Below are positions 61,161 through 64,000 of a DNA stretch of 64,000 nucleotides, piece by piece. Below the pieces are notes generated by a model. That model was not told the origin of the DNA, did not search any database, and saw only the letters and a program-made list of their open reading frames with translations. The stretch's first letter is position 1. Each line of letters starts with the position of its first letter. The stretch lies in assembly GCF_009914755.1 (NCBI RefSeq), contig NC_060932.1; one strand, given 5' to 3'. Source of the stretch: the human T2T-CHM13v2.0 reference genome, Homo sapiens. The position numbers and the translations under genes were made by a program.

Positions 61161-64000
61161 AAATTTAAAATTTAAAAATTCTACCTGTGTTTAGTTGTGG
61201 TACATGTTGCTTTAACAATATGGAGGTGTTTTTTTTTTCACATTTTCTTTGTGTGAAACAAACATAATATCTTTTTAATGATTGTTTCATTGTGACTGAA
61301 GTAGCTGAAATGCACAGTGTGCTCTTTTGAGTTTCCCTATAATTGTTCAAGATTGATTTTTCATTGTTCTTAAAATTAAACTTTTTTTTGGAGAAAGAGA
61401 AACAGGTAAAAAAAAGAGAGAAAACTTTAGATAACTGTAACTTTATACTATCTTGGGGGCAATGCTTCATTTCTAAGGGAGTTCAAGCACTGTGCATCAG
61501 AGCCAGGAGGTTCCAGACTTGTCACTGTCACGTCAATCTTGTAACTTTCCAACAGGTCCTCCTTCCCAGAAACCAAATCAGATTTTCTACTTGAAGCAGT
61601 ACCAAGCCTCTGGATAGAGCTTCGAGGGAAGGATTTTGGGGTCATGGGTTTTTTCCAGGGAGGCTCGAAAAAAGCTTCCCTTGCAGTTTGAGTTTGAAGG
61701 CTGTAGCTCAGTGGCAGATCAGGACACCTAGGAACATTTCCAAGGAAGTAGCCATTTCTCTCCCAGCCTTGAACCCTGATCTCTGGGTTCTTCCCTCTGA
61801 GAATCTCCCCCACCTCAGTTAAACTGCGCATCATAACTGCATGGCTATTTGAGATATTATTTTTAAATAACATGTTTACTTTGTGAAAGCTCTTAGTTAG
61901 GGAAACCAGAGGTCAGCATTGCAGTTTGTTTACAGATCTGTGAAATGGCTTTGCCCTGCTACCCCCTTATTTATATCAGATTTCATCTTTCATGCTACCC
62001 TCTCTTTTCCAAATTCAGTTTCCTAATGCTCTTGGTTACCCCACTTTGGAGATTACCCCGGCTTGCCTAGGATGCATCTCTCCAACTTTCAATGCCTAAC
62101 CTTGGCTAGTTAACCATCTTGAAACACATTCATATCAAAGCATTAATGACAGAAAATAGCTTAATGTGGTAACTTCTAGTCACATCTTTGCTTTACATAG
62201 TGATTTGAAACTCCAAAGATCTTAAGTAAAGACATGCATTTTGAACAATGAAATGCCGTGGACTGGTAGGGCCAACAAGAAGGAGATGTTTAGCCAGAGC
62301 AGCTTCCCGTGGTCCTTTGCATCATAATAGCTAGTCCATCTTTGGTTGATGCAAAAGTTGTACTTAAGAGAAAGCATGGGAACAGGGTTCTCTTTTAAAA
62401 GCATACTCCAAATAGCTACCTTAAGGGGAAATGAATGGGAACCCTGGCACTATGGTGGGTTAATCTTGATGTTCTCCACTCATCCCTTACGCCTGTTACC
62501 CATGTTAGTCTGTTTCTTACTAATTGGAAATTACTTTTACTTATGATTAAGAAACTGTTATAGTCCTGGACTTGTATGTAGAGGATAGGATTACAGTTCA
62601 ACAAGTAGCCAAGTAATATATGACCAACTAAGATCCCTGGAATTTGGCTACCTAGGGTTTAATGTGTCTAGCAAACTATTTCCTCTGTAGTGAGAAATAA
62701 CATGACACCAAACCTTTCAGAATCAGGCCAGGAACTGAAATGGGGGGGAAGTTGAACCAGCTGTCTTTGAAGCTGAACCCCGTCATTAAGGGCTAGATGG
62801 CACAGCCATAGAATAGGTTAGGACTGTTCTAGAGAACTAGTGTTTGTTGTATATTAATACCTGTAATTTATAAGCCCATAAAGATTTATGCTTCTTGTAT
62901 TTTATATGTTTATTTGTACTGTTTTTCCTTCACTTTGACAGTCTCAGCCTATCTCAGATTGGCAGGAAATCAATTGAAGTAAACTTTGTTCAGACTTCAT
63001 TCAAACCTCTGGGGATACAAATGGTAGTGACTGGTTATCATGGGAAGAGTGAAATTCAGAGGAAATTGAATCAAAACCCTCTAAACTTAGGCATTTTTTA
63101 ATAGTACTAAAACCTTGGAGTTTTTTAAAAAAAACTTTTAAAATCTTCTGGCTTTGTTCTATTTTATTTTTATTTTTTAGAAAGAGATATGGGAACTTTA
63201 TGATCACCTTGGATGATTTTATTGTAGTTAGAGATTAAAACATTCTAGCTCATTTCTGTAAATATGGAACTCAGTAACCATGTCTCAGTAGAGATGCTTT
63301 TTATTTACAGAGAGTAAATAGAAAGTAATTTCAATTTTCTAAAAATGACAAGTGCTGTCAAAATGTATGACAACCTGTAGTATAAGTATGTACAGATACA
63401 CTACTTTAAATTTATGTCTTAGATTTTCTTTTCTCGCTAATATTTATTTTTATTGACTTTTCTCAGAAATTATTTTAATCAGTCCTGTATTAAAAGATGC
63501 ACAATTTCAAATTTCTTCTTATCAGATTAAGACACAAAATAGGTTAAAATATAATTTGCCATTATTGTGTTTAAATGGATCTTAGAAGTGTTAAATTTAC
63601 ATTTGCATACTATTCTGGATACTTCTAGGAATTTTAAATTTGATGTCATAATTCTTCTATCACCTTTGGTTGTCTGCATTTAACATATGACACAGTGTGA
63701 TATCTGAATGCCTCTCTGAATAGCTCCCAGCTATAGTGACTACTGCCATCTTTAGGATGGATCCACAGATTCTGGATCTAACTTATGTGCAGTTAGAGGG
63801 AGTTTAAAGGAGATTTAAATTACCCTGCCAACTCCAATGACTCTTCATCCTTGGAGTTTGGTTAGCTGATTCTGTGCCTTGGTCCTAGTAACTGGGGGTT
63901 CTAGCTCCCCTAAAGATCTGAACTCATACCACAAATTGTTTCAAGATCTGTTTCTTTTCCTAAAGGTAAGCCTCTGGCTTGATAATGATTCTGGCGCCCT

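Noticed and set aside
61448-61873. Longest ORF in the track (141 aa, minus strand)
   Set aside because: No recognisable domain or exon structure, and the length is compatible with chance in 64 kb.

Overview
AT-rich, Alu-dense primate genomic DNA. The spliced protein matches human CA1 as I know it, which would place the window in the CA13-CA1-CA3-CA2 cluster. The whole coding region of carbonic anhydrase 1 lies on the minus strand: 7 coding exons from ATG 34347 to TGA 21294, 786 nt, 261 aa, all GT-AG junctions read from the sequence. There are two poly(A) signals, a proximal TATA promoter, and two small non-coding 5' exons in the large first intron, one with a GC donor. The distal erythroid first exon is not seen and should lie beyond the right edge. 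The rest is mostly interspersed repeats: about 24 Alus/monomers, a near-complete Tigger1, a MER11 solo LTR with TSD, and MLT1, MER46, MER5, L1, L2 and MIR fragments. Most ORFs in the supplied track are spurious. The most unusual observations are: (1) a ~65-bp block-scrambled copy of CA1 coding exon 6, about 2 kb past the gene end; (2) a ~400-bp non-tandem duplication in intron 1 that carries nuclear-receptor motifs; (3) several fold-back or template-switch micro-rearrangements. I found no convincing new gene system. Repeat subfamily calls and boundaries are made by eye.
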